NCBI RefSeq assembly: GCF_009834535.1
Contig: NC_045699.1
Coordinates: forward strand, 75,020,001-75,084,000
Reading direction: 5' to 3'
Length of the DNA stretch: 64,000 nt
DNA from: Camelus ferus
Taxonomy: Eukaryota
The translations under genes were made by a program, and so were the position numbers. Shown here piece after piece: positions 1 through 14,600 of the stretch (positions are counted from its first letter, which is position 1; every line of letters starts with the position of its first letter). Under the pieces are notes generated by a model that did not search any database, was not told the DNA's origin, and was given only the letters and a program-made list of their open reading frames with translations.

Positions 1-59
1 ACGCCACGGCCGAGGAGGAGGGCGAGTTTGAGGAGGAGGCAGAGGAGGAGGTGGCCTAA
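1..59 (+). CDS. TUBB4B: Beta-tubulin 4B, last 18 full codons plus stop (5' truncated by the window edge)
   Basis: Frame from base 3 reads ATAEEEGEFEEEAEEEVA-TAA(57-59), the beta-4B isotype acidic tail; the neighbouring FAM166A fits known synteny. Confidence 0.95.
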   Translation, partial: ATAEEEGEFEEEAEEEVA

Positions 60-101
60 AGCTGTCTGGTAGCCGGTAAAGTGTGGAAGCCGTGTGAACT
101 C

Positions 102-107
102 TTTATT
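102..107 (-). terminator. FAM166A poly(A) signal AATAAA (minus strand)
   Basis: TTTATT on + at 102-107, about 100 nt after the FAM166A stop at 209-211. Confidence 0.7.
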
Positions 108-196
108 CACTCACAACCTGTTCTCTGATAGCCTTGTCTCCTTGTGTGTGTATTTGTTCTTCCTGTCTTGACATCACATGCTGTACAGACACCACC

Positions 197-202
197 ATTA
201 AA
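197..202 (+). terminator. TUBB4B poly(A) signal ATTAAA
   Basis: ATTAAA 138 nt after the stop, with TGTA upstream at 182-185; no AATAAA on + nearby. Confidence 0.75.
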
Positions 203-208
203 GCGTTT

Positions 209-3333
<3,125 letters not shown>

Positions 3334-3416
3334 CTTGCCTCAGCTCTGCCTTGGCTGGCTCCAGCCCCTCTCCTGCCCCGGCCTGTGCAGCTGGCTCCTC
3401 CCAGAGAGGAGTCCCC

Positions 3417-3429
3417 GTTGCCTGGCAAC
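3417..3429. promoter_or_regulatory. Palindromic RFX X-box GTTGCC-T-GGCAAC upstream of the FAM166A ATG
   Basis: Matches GTNRCC(N0-3)RGYAAC, 84 bp upstream of the ATG of a cilia/flagella gene. Confidence 0.7.
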
Positions 3430-3867
3430 CATTGTGAAGAGGCCCTGCATTGTTGGGCAGCACCTGAGCCAGGCCCCTTCCTAAACCCTGTGAGCACTCC
3501 CATTTCACGGCTGGGACAGTGAGGCCCAGACAGGGCACAGGCTGGGGACATGGCACACTGAGGACCTACATCTTGGAAAATTAGAACTGTAGTTGCATCT
3601 GAGTCGGCCCTGCAAGGAAGCCAGGGGCAGGGCTGGGCCTGGAGCTCTGGACTCTTACTACCCATGGGAGGGCAAGAGCCAACTGGAAAACAGCCCTTGT
3701 CCCACCCTAAGCCCCTCCTCAGATGAGAGAACCTGGAAGCTTGGGAGGCACTGTCACAAGTCTCAGCAGTGAGGTTCCTGAGCTAGAGAGCTGCCGGGAC
3801 CCTGTCCTGGAGGTCTTTCCCCTGGAGCTGGGCTCTATTTTCCATTTTAAACAAACTCTCGATTTTT

Positions 3868-3951
3868 CTTTCCATCTTCCTTCCTTCCTTCCTCCTTCCC
3901 TCCCTCCCTCCCTCTTTCTTTCTTTCTCCTTTTTTTTTTTTTTTTTTTTTT
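3868..3951. repeat. Pyrimidine microsatellite (TTCC/CCCT)n followed by a poly(T) run of about 20
   Basis: Seen directly. Confidence 0.85.
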
Positions 3952-3954
3952 GTA

Positions 3955-4500
3955 TAGGGAGGACCATAAAAACGAAGAAAAATGTCATAAAGGAAAAGAT
4001 CAGCAGGTTCAAGTACACGTCAAAACACAGCTTAAACCACCCTGCACAGCAGATGACAGCCTGGGCAAAAAGTCTGCAACAAATGTTATGTGCAGATATG
4101 ATATCAGTAGAAACAACCTTATAAAACAAACATATGAAAAATTAACACCCCAACAGGAAAATGCACATGTAGCGTGAAAGTCTTAAGGAAGAGCCCCGTC
4201 AGCGAACATACGGACAGAAGGCTGAGCCTCAGTCAAATAAACACTGATGAGGTGTGGATGTGGGCGATTTCTAATGCTCCATGCCAGCGTGAAAACCACC
4301 TGTAATTTGGGACTCAGGTCAAGTGCATCCAAGACCACACGTGCTTTGATCCACTGCTTCCACTCAACGTGTCCAGCCGAGGAGATGATCCACATTTAGC
4401 TGGAGACGGATGTGCGTGTCATCTAGGGAGAAATCCAGCTACTCATGTCCAGTGACAGGCTGGGAGCCCCTCACCCTGATAAAATGTGTGTTTCCTCAAA
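3955..4500 (+). mobile_element. Old, decayed L1 (ORF2 3' part / 3'UTR) fragment
   Basis: A-rich tract in a GC-rich region, resembling the L1M ORF2 end (aaaagatcagcaggttcaagtac...ctgggcaaaaagtctgcaacaaat...aacaccccaacaggaaaatg). Confidence 0.5.
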
Positions 4501-5272
4501 CAAGTCTCTATCAGTCTGTCCATCCTGAGGCCAGACAGGTTCAGTGTGGATGGAAAGGTCTGGAGAAGAGACAGGGGTGCGAAGGATGAGACGTTCTTGG
4601 CCGGGCCCTGCCTGGGAGGGGCTGGCAGGCTGGTCAGTTCTGGAGGGCACCACGAGGGCCCCAGTGCCCAGGTGGACTCTCACTCGCTCAGCCTCGTTGT
4701 TCCTTTGCACTTCAGCCCTAGCAGCGCCAACTGTTGATGATGCCTCCCAGCCTCTGTGCCCCGAGAAGACAGGCCGCCACGCCTCCGCCATGCCTGGGCT
4801 GCCTCTGGGGTCAGCTCAGGCCACTCAGACCCACCCTCTGTTGGTTTGCTTTTTCCAGGGCTGGGTTTCCAGCAGGGGCTCCTCCTCCTCTGGGGAGTCT
4901 CCAGGGACTGCTCCACCAACCCCTCTCCCACCTTCTACTGGCCTTGCATGGCTAGGCATCCCACAGCACCTGCTGCCTTCTCCACCCCCTGCCAGGGCCT
5001 CAGTCCTCCCAGAAGCCCTAAGAGAGTGGACCCCAGCCCCCGAGGAGACCCAGTCCAGGAGTGGGGAAGGGCGAGGACAAGAATGGGGGAGGGGAAGAAA
5101 GGAGGCCAAGCCAGGGGTCACAGGGTCACGTTGGGGAGCCTCTGGCAAGGCTGATCCCAGGGCAACCCACCTGGGAGGTCAGGGGAGGGGCCCCGCCAGG
5201 GCTGGACAATGCTGCTCCCCCAGGCAACAGGGCGTTGGCAGGACCAGCCAGTGAGGTCACAGAGCCATGTGA

Positions 5273-6707
<1,435 letters not shown>

Positions 6708-8568
6708 AGCCGCCACCCCAGTGATCACGAGACCCCTGCCTCCCTGGGGGCCTGATCAGGCCTTCCTCTGGAACTCAGTGTCCACAGCCTGGCCTTCTGA
6801 CCCTCTGGGTACCCCCAACCCCCCTTCTGACCAGTTGACCCTTCTGTGGGCTGTGGATGAGGAAGCCCAGCCTGAAGCCCCCCACCTGCCCACCCCCTTG
6901 CTATGTAGGGATGCTGTTCGTTCTTCCGAATCACACTATATCTTGGCCACTGTCCCTTGCCCAGTGAGCTGTCCTGCTACTGACCTATCATGTCTGGCTT
7001 TCCTTGGCCACGGGTCTCCCTTAACTTCCCCTTCAGTGCCCTCTCTCTAGGGTGGCTGGGGTGGCAACCTGAGACTTCCTGGTCTGGGACAGGATGGGAG
7101 GGGCCTTGTGGGCAGTGCAGGACACTCTTACCTAGCCGTGCCACCCATGGGAGAGGCCTAGCTGCCAATCTACCCAACAGTCAGGCTGCTTGCTGATTCG
7201 AGGAACTGACTGTTGGGGTGGAGATGGGGGGGCGGGTGGACAGACTCCCTGAGTTGCCACCTTGAGGTCAACCTGCCCAGCCACGAGGTAGGGCCCAGAG
7301 GACCAGCTCATTAGGGCCTGGCCCCTCTTCTCCCAGCACTTGCCCAAAGACCCTGTGATTCATCCAGGGCCATACAGGCCAAGCTGCAGGCAGTTGACTC
7401 CCCGGGACTTTACCCACTGGGGCCTTGCCCCTGCCCACAGCAGCAGCCTTATCACCATTGACCTGCCCTCCCACCCAGGGGCTGGCCCCAAGACTGCCTC
7501 CATGCAGGGGCCTCCCCTGCAGCTTGTGGTGGCTCCTATCACTGCATCAAATTCTCCAGGCGTCCTCCCTGTGCCACCCCAGCCCCGGGCCAGGCCCCCT
7601 CCTCTGCCTCCTCTGCCAGAGCTCAACCCCTTCAAAAAGGACTGCAAGAGCTTTTCCCATGGTGTTGGCATCATCCCTTTCTGCAGGGAAGCCAGAGACA
7701 AGGGAGTCTAAGCGCCGTGCACCTGTGACCTCCTCTGGGGCTGAGCCAGCTGGGGGTTGAGTCCCAGCACTCCCAGGAATCAGAGCAGTGGGACTGCAGA
7801 CTATTGTCACTGGGCCCTGAGCCGACCAGCTTGGCCAGCGGGCAACAGAGACAGAGCTGTGGAAGCTCTGGCCTTAGGAGTTTGGCCCAGGGTAGGGGGA
7901 CCAGGAGCCTTGCTCCCAGTTGCACCACCAGCAACCCCTAAGGCTCAAAGCCAGGAGTGGGAGCAGCAGGAAGGATGGAGCAATCCCGGAGGAAGGAGGG
8001 CCTCCTGGAGAAAGCAGTGGAGGAATGGGTTTTCAAGGATGAGCTACTTTACCGGGAAGCAGAAAGGGAATTTCTAGCAGAACAAACCTCAGAAGCCAAG
8101 GCACTTGAAAGGGGAGAGGGTGTAATGTTTGCTGTGGCCAGGCTTGCAGGGGACACAGGGCTGGTGGGATGGAAGTAGGTGAGCTGGAGGGAGGGAGAGC
8201 TGCAGAGACCTGAGCCTCGAGGGGCGGGAGGGGTGGTCCAAGGACTCGCACACTTGGCGATGGGGAGCCCACAGAGGGTACAGAGCAGGCAGTGCCCACC
8301 GCCCCTATAGGAGCTCGTTGCACTGCAAAGGACAAAGCAGGGACCTACAGGATCCTACCCTCCTGCTCCCGCCCACCCGGGTTCTCCGCCAAACGAGAGG
8401 CACAGGTCGGAGGCCGCGGCTGCCGTGAGGCTGGGCGTGGCCGCGCAGGAGGGCGTGGCCCGGCGTGCGGGGCGGGGTTTCGTCGACGGCCTGTGCGACA
8501 TCCCGGCGCCGTCTTCGCGCTCGGCCTCTGCCAGGCGCCGGCCCGGCGCAGCTCCCGGGAGCCTCTGC

Positions 8569-8598
8569 GCGGCGGCGGCGGCGGCGGCGGCGGCGGCG
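8569..8598 (+). repeat. (GCG)10 trinucleotide repeat
   Basis: Ten perfect GCG units. Confidence 0.95.
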
Positions 8599-8688
8599 TT
8601 TCCGTGGAGCCGGCTGGCGGGCGGACCCGGCTGTGCGGGGCGGAAGTGGGCTGCTGCGGTCCGAGCGGAGCCGCGCTGCGGCCGGGAC

Positions 8689-11600
8689 CAGGCCGAGCTG
8701 GAGGGCGTCGGGGAGCGGAGCTCGGGCGGACCACGAGGCCCGGGCGAGCGGGCAGCTGGGGGCCCTGCGGCGCCGGTGGAGCGCGGAGGGGATGGGGCGC
8801 CGAGNNNNNNNNNNNNNNNNNNNNNNNNNNNNNNNNNNNNNNNNNNNNNNNNNNNNNNNNNNNNNNNNNNNNNNNNNNNNNNNNNNNNNNNNNNNNNNNN
8901 NNNNNNNNNNNNNNNNNNNNNNNNNNNNNNNNNNNNNNNNNNNNGAGGGGCCGGCCGTCTTGGCGTGAGTCCGGCGCGGGGCGGGGTCGTGAGGAATGGG
9001 CAGATTTCTCTCCGTCCTGGTAGCGCGTCTGTTCCCCGGGATGGAGGAACCAGGTGTCCTGAGCTAGGACCCCGTCGACGGGCATCTGAGTGGTTTCCAG
9101 TTTTTGCAGTTAAAACCAGCGCTGCTGGGAACAGCGGGGACGTTCCTTGCACCTGCCTCCTTGTGTACTCAGGGCATCCACGTGCTTGGCCAGACGTGGC
9201 TGCCTCCGAGGTTTCTCTCGTCGCGGGAGGAAGCCAAGTCGACCTCACATTGACCCTTTGCTTCCTCAGACAGAGAATGGCGTGTTGCTGCCCTCCCTGC
9301 AGTCCGCCTTGCCCTTCTTGGACCTGCACGGGACCCCCCGGCTGGAGTTCCACCAGTCTGTGTTTGACGAGCTGCGGGACAAGCTGCTGGAGCGGGTGTC
9401 AGCCATTGCTTCAGAGGGGAAGGCTGAAGAAAGGTAAGTGGGCAGGTAAGATGTGCAGCCCCTTACCAGCTTGGGGTCTACATCAGCAGGACTCACTGTT
9501 CCCGTGGCTACACATACCCTACTCAAGAAGGGCCTCTCCCCTAATTGTTCCTCCTGAGGACGTCATCTGTCTGGGGACAGGCAGGCAGCTGCGATGACTT
9601 GGTCCTGTGCTAGTCCCTCAGGAGTGCGAGTCTTTCCAGGTACAAGAAACTGGAAGACCTTCTGGAGAAGAGCTTTTCTTTGGTGAAGATGCCATCCCTG
9701 CAGCCAGTGGTGATGTGCGTCATGAAACACTTGCCTAAGGTAAAGGCCCTCCCAACCCGGGGCCTCCCTGCATGGCGCTTGCTTGGTGGAGGTCAAGCAC
9801 ACGCTTAGCTGGGCGTCTGCTTGGGACGGGGAGGTTCTCTGAGCTGGCCACCCGAGGAGGGGTAGCCTCAGAGCGTGTTCTCTGTGCTCACTTCTCCCGG
9901 AGGAGCCTCGCAGAGCCTGGAGCTTGGCACGTGGAGTCCTTTCTGGGAAAAAGCTGTGTGGTCAGCGTGGCTGCTCTACCTGCTGGGGCCTGAGGGGCCA
10001 GCCACAGGTGCCCCTGTTGGTGGGGCTGGGCTGAATGAGGTCTCTGCTGTGGGGCACTGAGGGCTTTTGACTCGTCTTGAGGGGGACCCTGGTGGCAGGC
10101 ACTGCTCACAGGTGGCCTGTGGGGTCGTGTAGGTTCCTGAGAAGAAGTTGAAGCTGGTGATGGCGGACAAGGATCTGTACCGGGCCTGCGCTGTGGAGGT
10201 GAAGCGGCAGATCTGGCAAGACAACCAGGCACTCTTTGGTGACGAGGTCTCCCCGCTGCTGAAGCAGTACATCGTGGAGAAGGAGAGCGCTCTCTTCAGC
10301 ACGGAGCTCTCTGTCCTGCACAACTTCTTCAGTCCTTCCCCCAAGACCAGGCGCCAGGGCGAGGTGAGGACTGTGTGTTGGGGGTGGGCTTCCTCCACCC
10401 CTGGAAGGGTGGGCTCTGACCTGTGGCTGCAGGAGGGGCTTGTGAAGTCCCGCCCACTACCCTGCAGGTCTTGGTATCCTTATGTACTTCTGTACTCCAC
10501 TGCCCACCAGGCCTTTTTGGTTAAGGTCTCTGGAATTGTCTGTTCTTGCGTTTGAGTCATTCCTTCTTCAACACGTGTCTCTTGAGCGCTGACCCACTGC
10601 CACAGGTGTCTGGACCCTTCAGTAACCCAAGGTCAGGGCGCCTGCCCGGGTACTTGCAGTCTGGTGTCACGTGTGGGTCTCGGAGCTCCAGCGGTGGAGC
10701 AGGGTGGGCCAGGTAGGGGTGGTGTCTTGGGGTTTGAGGAAGAAGGGCCCGGTTGGGGGGTGTTGTGAGCAGAGGCGTTGAGGTGGGCAGGTGAGGGTGT
10801 CTGGGGAGGGGGCCGGGGGAGGTGGAGGTCTGGAGGCCACTGTGGACACTCTGACTTTTCCTGGTGAAGTGGGGGTCCCTGGCTTGGTTCCAGGATGCCC
10901 CTCAACCCAGGAGGAGGCAATGGCAAGAGTCCAGACGTGGGCCGAGCAGCATTTGCTGTTCTGCTGTGGCCTCTCACAGTCAGCCTTCCCACCCAGGGTC
11001 TCCTGTGCGGGTGGTGCGAGGTGGGCTCTGACCCAGGGTCTTCTCAGGTGTTGGGCCAGTGGTTGCAGCACCACTTCCTGATCAGGCCGCTGAGTGTGTC
11101 TGAGCCCTTCCTGCTTGCCTTCCCCTTGTCTCAGGGTTGTGGGATTTGGCCCTGCCCCTGCTTCACTCTCCCCTCCAGGCCAAGGTCCCTCTTGGGGGCT
11201 GGGTCCTTCCTTCGGTAGGGGTTGGGGAGGGAGCAGTGGCAGGGGTGGGTCGGCTGCGGGGCCCTGGTCCTCTGCCTGAGCTTCGCACCCTCCTGTCGGA
11301 TGTGAGGCGAGCCCGGCGGGTCAGGCTGGTGCATTCCTGTCGTCGGTGTTAGAGGTGCTGGGACTCGGTGCCTGGACTCGGGTTGTGCTCTGAGCTGCTC
11401 TGCTCGTCGGGGTTCCTGAGGCCTGCTTGTGGGTCCTCAGCAGGGGTCCTCCAGGTGGGCTGCTGACTGCTCCCCTCCTTATGTCCAGCCCACTGGGCCT
11501 CCTTAGTGTCTCACCCTGTGCATCTGCACGGCCGCTGAGCCCCGAGGGGAGCCCCTCCTGTGGGCTGCTGCAGCGTGGGCGGGGTGTGGTGCTGGAGGCG

Positions 11601-14600
11601 GGACGGGGGCCTGAGAGGAGGCAGGCGTGGGTGGCCGCAGCTGGGCCTCACCTGGTGGCACTGCACATGCTCGTTGACCGAATTTCCCCATCGTCGACCT
11701 CGTGGTGGGGTCGGCCCCCTGGGCAGCTATGCTGGGGATCTGGGGGCCTGCTGTGGAGTTCACCTCCATGAAGACCAGGGACGCCCCACCCCCGTGGGCC
11801 AGTGTCCTGTCAGAGGGGAGCCTTAGCACCAGACATGTAGTGGGACGAGGCGGGCGGGGTTGTCTCCCCACAGGTGGTGCAGAAGCTGACGCAGATGGTG
11901 GGCAAGAACGTGAAGCTGTACGACATGGTGCTGCAGTTCCTGCGCACCCTCTTTCTGCGCACACGCAACGTGCACTACTGCACCCTGCGGGCCGAGCTGC
12001 TCATGTCCCTGCACGACCTGGATGTCGGCGACATCTGCTCCGTAGACCCCTGCCACAAGGTGGGGGCCTGCCTGCCCCTCTCCCTCGGACACTACGGTCC
12101 TAGCACCTGGGCTCTGACCGCTGCCTGCCTGGCCACCTGCCTGCACCGACCCCTCCACTGCCTCTGCCCACCTGCGGTGTCCTCTGAGCGCCTGACCCGG
12201 AGCCAGCTGCCCTACGTCTCCCTCCCTCGCCCGCTCCCCCTCTGCCTCCACTCCAGCCAGGGCAGGCCCTGCGGCCGCTCCTGGACCCTTGCTCTGCCTC
12301 CTGTGGTCTTTCCGGGGCCTCTGGCCTTTCCCTGCCCCGGGGCCCCCGGGGCTGCTCACCAGCGAGCTCCATGTTCCAGGAGCAGGGCTTTCTGCACTGC
12401 CCTTGTCCCAACATGGACACAGTGGGGCCAGAGGTGGTGTCACTCTGAGACCGCACTGCCCTTCCCCACAGTGGGGTCCCTGGAGAGGCCCTTAGAACAA
12501 AACATGTATCTTGCTTCTTTCTTGTACCGCCTGACCTGTGGGGATTCAGGCCCTGGGCCAGTTTCCTTTGTGCCACCCTTTCCTGGTGCAGGCCGGGCCT
12601 GGGCCACGTGAAGGGGTGGGTCCCGAGGCTTCCTCAAGGCTCAGGCAGCGGTGGCACCTGGGCGAGGAGGTGAGGGTGAGTGCTGCCTGGAGGCCACGGT
12701 CTCCGGCACGTCCTGACTGCGCTTTCTCCCCACAGTTCACCTGGTGCCTGGACGCTTGCATCCGAGAGCGGTTCGTGGACAGCAAGAGGGCCCGAGAGCT
12801 GCAGGGGTTTCTGGACGGGGTGAAGAAGGGACAGGAGCAAGTCCTGGGGTGAGGGTTGGCCTGGTGTGGTGTCCCAGCCCCCCAGGGTCCTGTCCACAGG
12901 CTTCCGGTCGAGAATGCTGTGTCTGCAGTCGGGAGTGGGCTGTTTCTTCTGGCGTGTCTTTAGGAAAACCGCCTGAGGGACGTGGCTGCTGGGGACGAGG
13001 CTGTTGCGGTCTCGGGCAAGCTGAGTGCCTGGGCTGGGGCTCCGGTATCTGCTGTGATGTGGGGCTGCCTGCGGGCTGAGGGGCGGGTCCTCTGGGGCCC
13101 GGCTCCCAGACGGCCCTCCCCGAGTGGGCTCTGCTTGGCCCGTCTCCGACTGCTTCTCCCTGGAGTCGTCCATGAGGGCACCTGGCTGAGTCTGTGGAGC
13201 CAGGTCACGTTCCCCAGACAAAACGGGACCTCAGGGTTTAAAAGCACGTCTGACTTCCAGCTTCCCGAGTCAGCTGAGGGCTGCGAGCCGTTTGAAAGCA
13301 GCCCGGGGTCAGGTGGCTTAGTCCGCGTGGGAGGGCCGTCTCCCCGGGTCGGGGTTCCCCTTGCTCACGCCGGGTTCATCCTCACAGGGACCTGTCCATG
13401 ATCCTGTGTGACCCCTTTGCCATCAACACCCTGTCCCTGAGCACCGTCAGGCACCTGCAGGAGCTGGTCGGCCAGGAGACGCTGCCCAGGGTGAGTGCCC
13501 CGCTGGCTGCACGCCGGCTCTGGTGGATGTGGGTGCGAACCCCAGGCATCCAGGTCTGCGCTGGCCTGGGTGGGCACACGTCTGACCAGCAGAGGGCAGG
13601 TGGAGCCTGTGAGAGAGCGGAAGTCCCGGGTGAGGGAGGCTCAGGTGAGCGCTTGCTGAGGCCCGTGTCCCTGCAGGACAGCCCTGACCTGCTGCTGCTG
13701 CTTCGGCTGCTGGCGCTGGGCCAGGGGGCGTGGGACATGATCGACAGCCAGGTCTTCAAGGAGCCCAGACTGGTAACAGGACCAGCAGGGGTCCTTCCTG
13801 CTGCCTTCTCAGCCCCACCGGCAGCGGAAGAGGAGGAGGAGGAGGAGGAGGAGGAGGGTGGCGCTTGCGGGGGGCTGGGAAGGAGGCCCTGCCCCCAGGC
13901 CCACACCGGGGTAGGGGCAGGGGTAGGGGCAGGCAGGCCGATGGAGGAAGGGGGCGAGGCCCAGGGACGGTGCGGGACAGAGCTCTCTGGCCTCCGCCCC
14001 AGGAGGTGGAGCTCATCACCAGGTTCTTGCCCACGCTGATGTCCTTCGTGGTGGACGACCACACCTTCAACGTGGATCAGAAGCTCCCGGCTGAGGAGAA
14101 AGCTCCGGTCACATACCCAAACACGCTCCCAGAGAGTTTCACTAAGTACGGGCTCCGGGCGCCACTGGGGGGGGGTGGCGGTGGTGCTCCCCAGAGCTGA
14201 CAGGTGTGGGGTGGGGGGCAGGTTCCTGCAGGAGCAGCGCATGGCCTGCGAGGTGGGGCTGTACTACGTGCTGCACATCACTAAGCAGAGGAACAAGAAC
14301 GCGCTCCTCCGCCTGCTGCCGGGGCTGGGTGAGTCTGCGGGGCTCGGGGCGTCTGCGGGGTTCCGGGAGTCTGTGGGCAGCGCCTTCGTCCTGCCTGCCC
14401 TCTGCCCACTGCCTGCCTCCCGCGCTAGGTCTTTGTCCCCGGTGCTTATTCGGGTACAAAAGCGGCAGGAACTCAGCGGTGCCCTTTCACAGGCACCCTC
14501 TTCTCATCACAGTCCACATTTGTGGAAGAGCCACCATAACCTTTTCCTAACTGGTGAGGGGGGTGGAGTCCCTCAAGTCCTCAGACAATCGAGAGAGCCC

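Larger units (their letters stand above)
8400..9060 (+). promoter_or_regulatory. CpG-island promoter of NELFB
   Basis: Very high CpG density; GGGCGTGGCC at 8433-8442 and 8451-8460; GC box next to the ETS motif CGGAAGTG at 8641-8648. Confidence 0.85.

Noticed and set aside
7337-7711. ~124-codon Pro-rich ORF after a decent acceptor between STPG3 and NELFB
   Set aside because: No convincing upstream exon, ATG or poly(A) signal, and no recognisable family; comparable ORFs are common at this GC content.
13491-13676. NELFB intron 7 is 186 nt, in frame and stop-free (retention would add 62 aa)
   Set aside because: Strong splice sites and a GC-rich intron; an open frame here is plausible by chance and the peptide looks random.
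13827-13856. Poly-Glu stretch in the ORF track resembling an acidic tail
   Set aside because: It is the intronic (GAG)9 microsatellite, outside the spliced NELFB frame.
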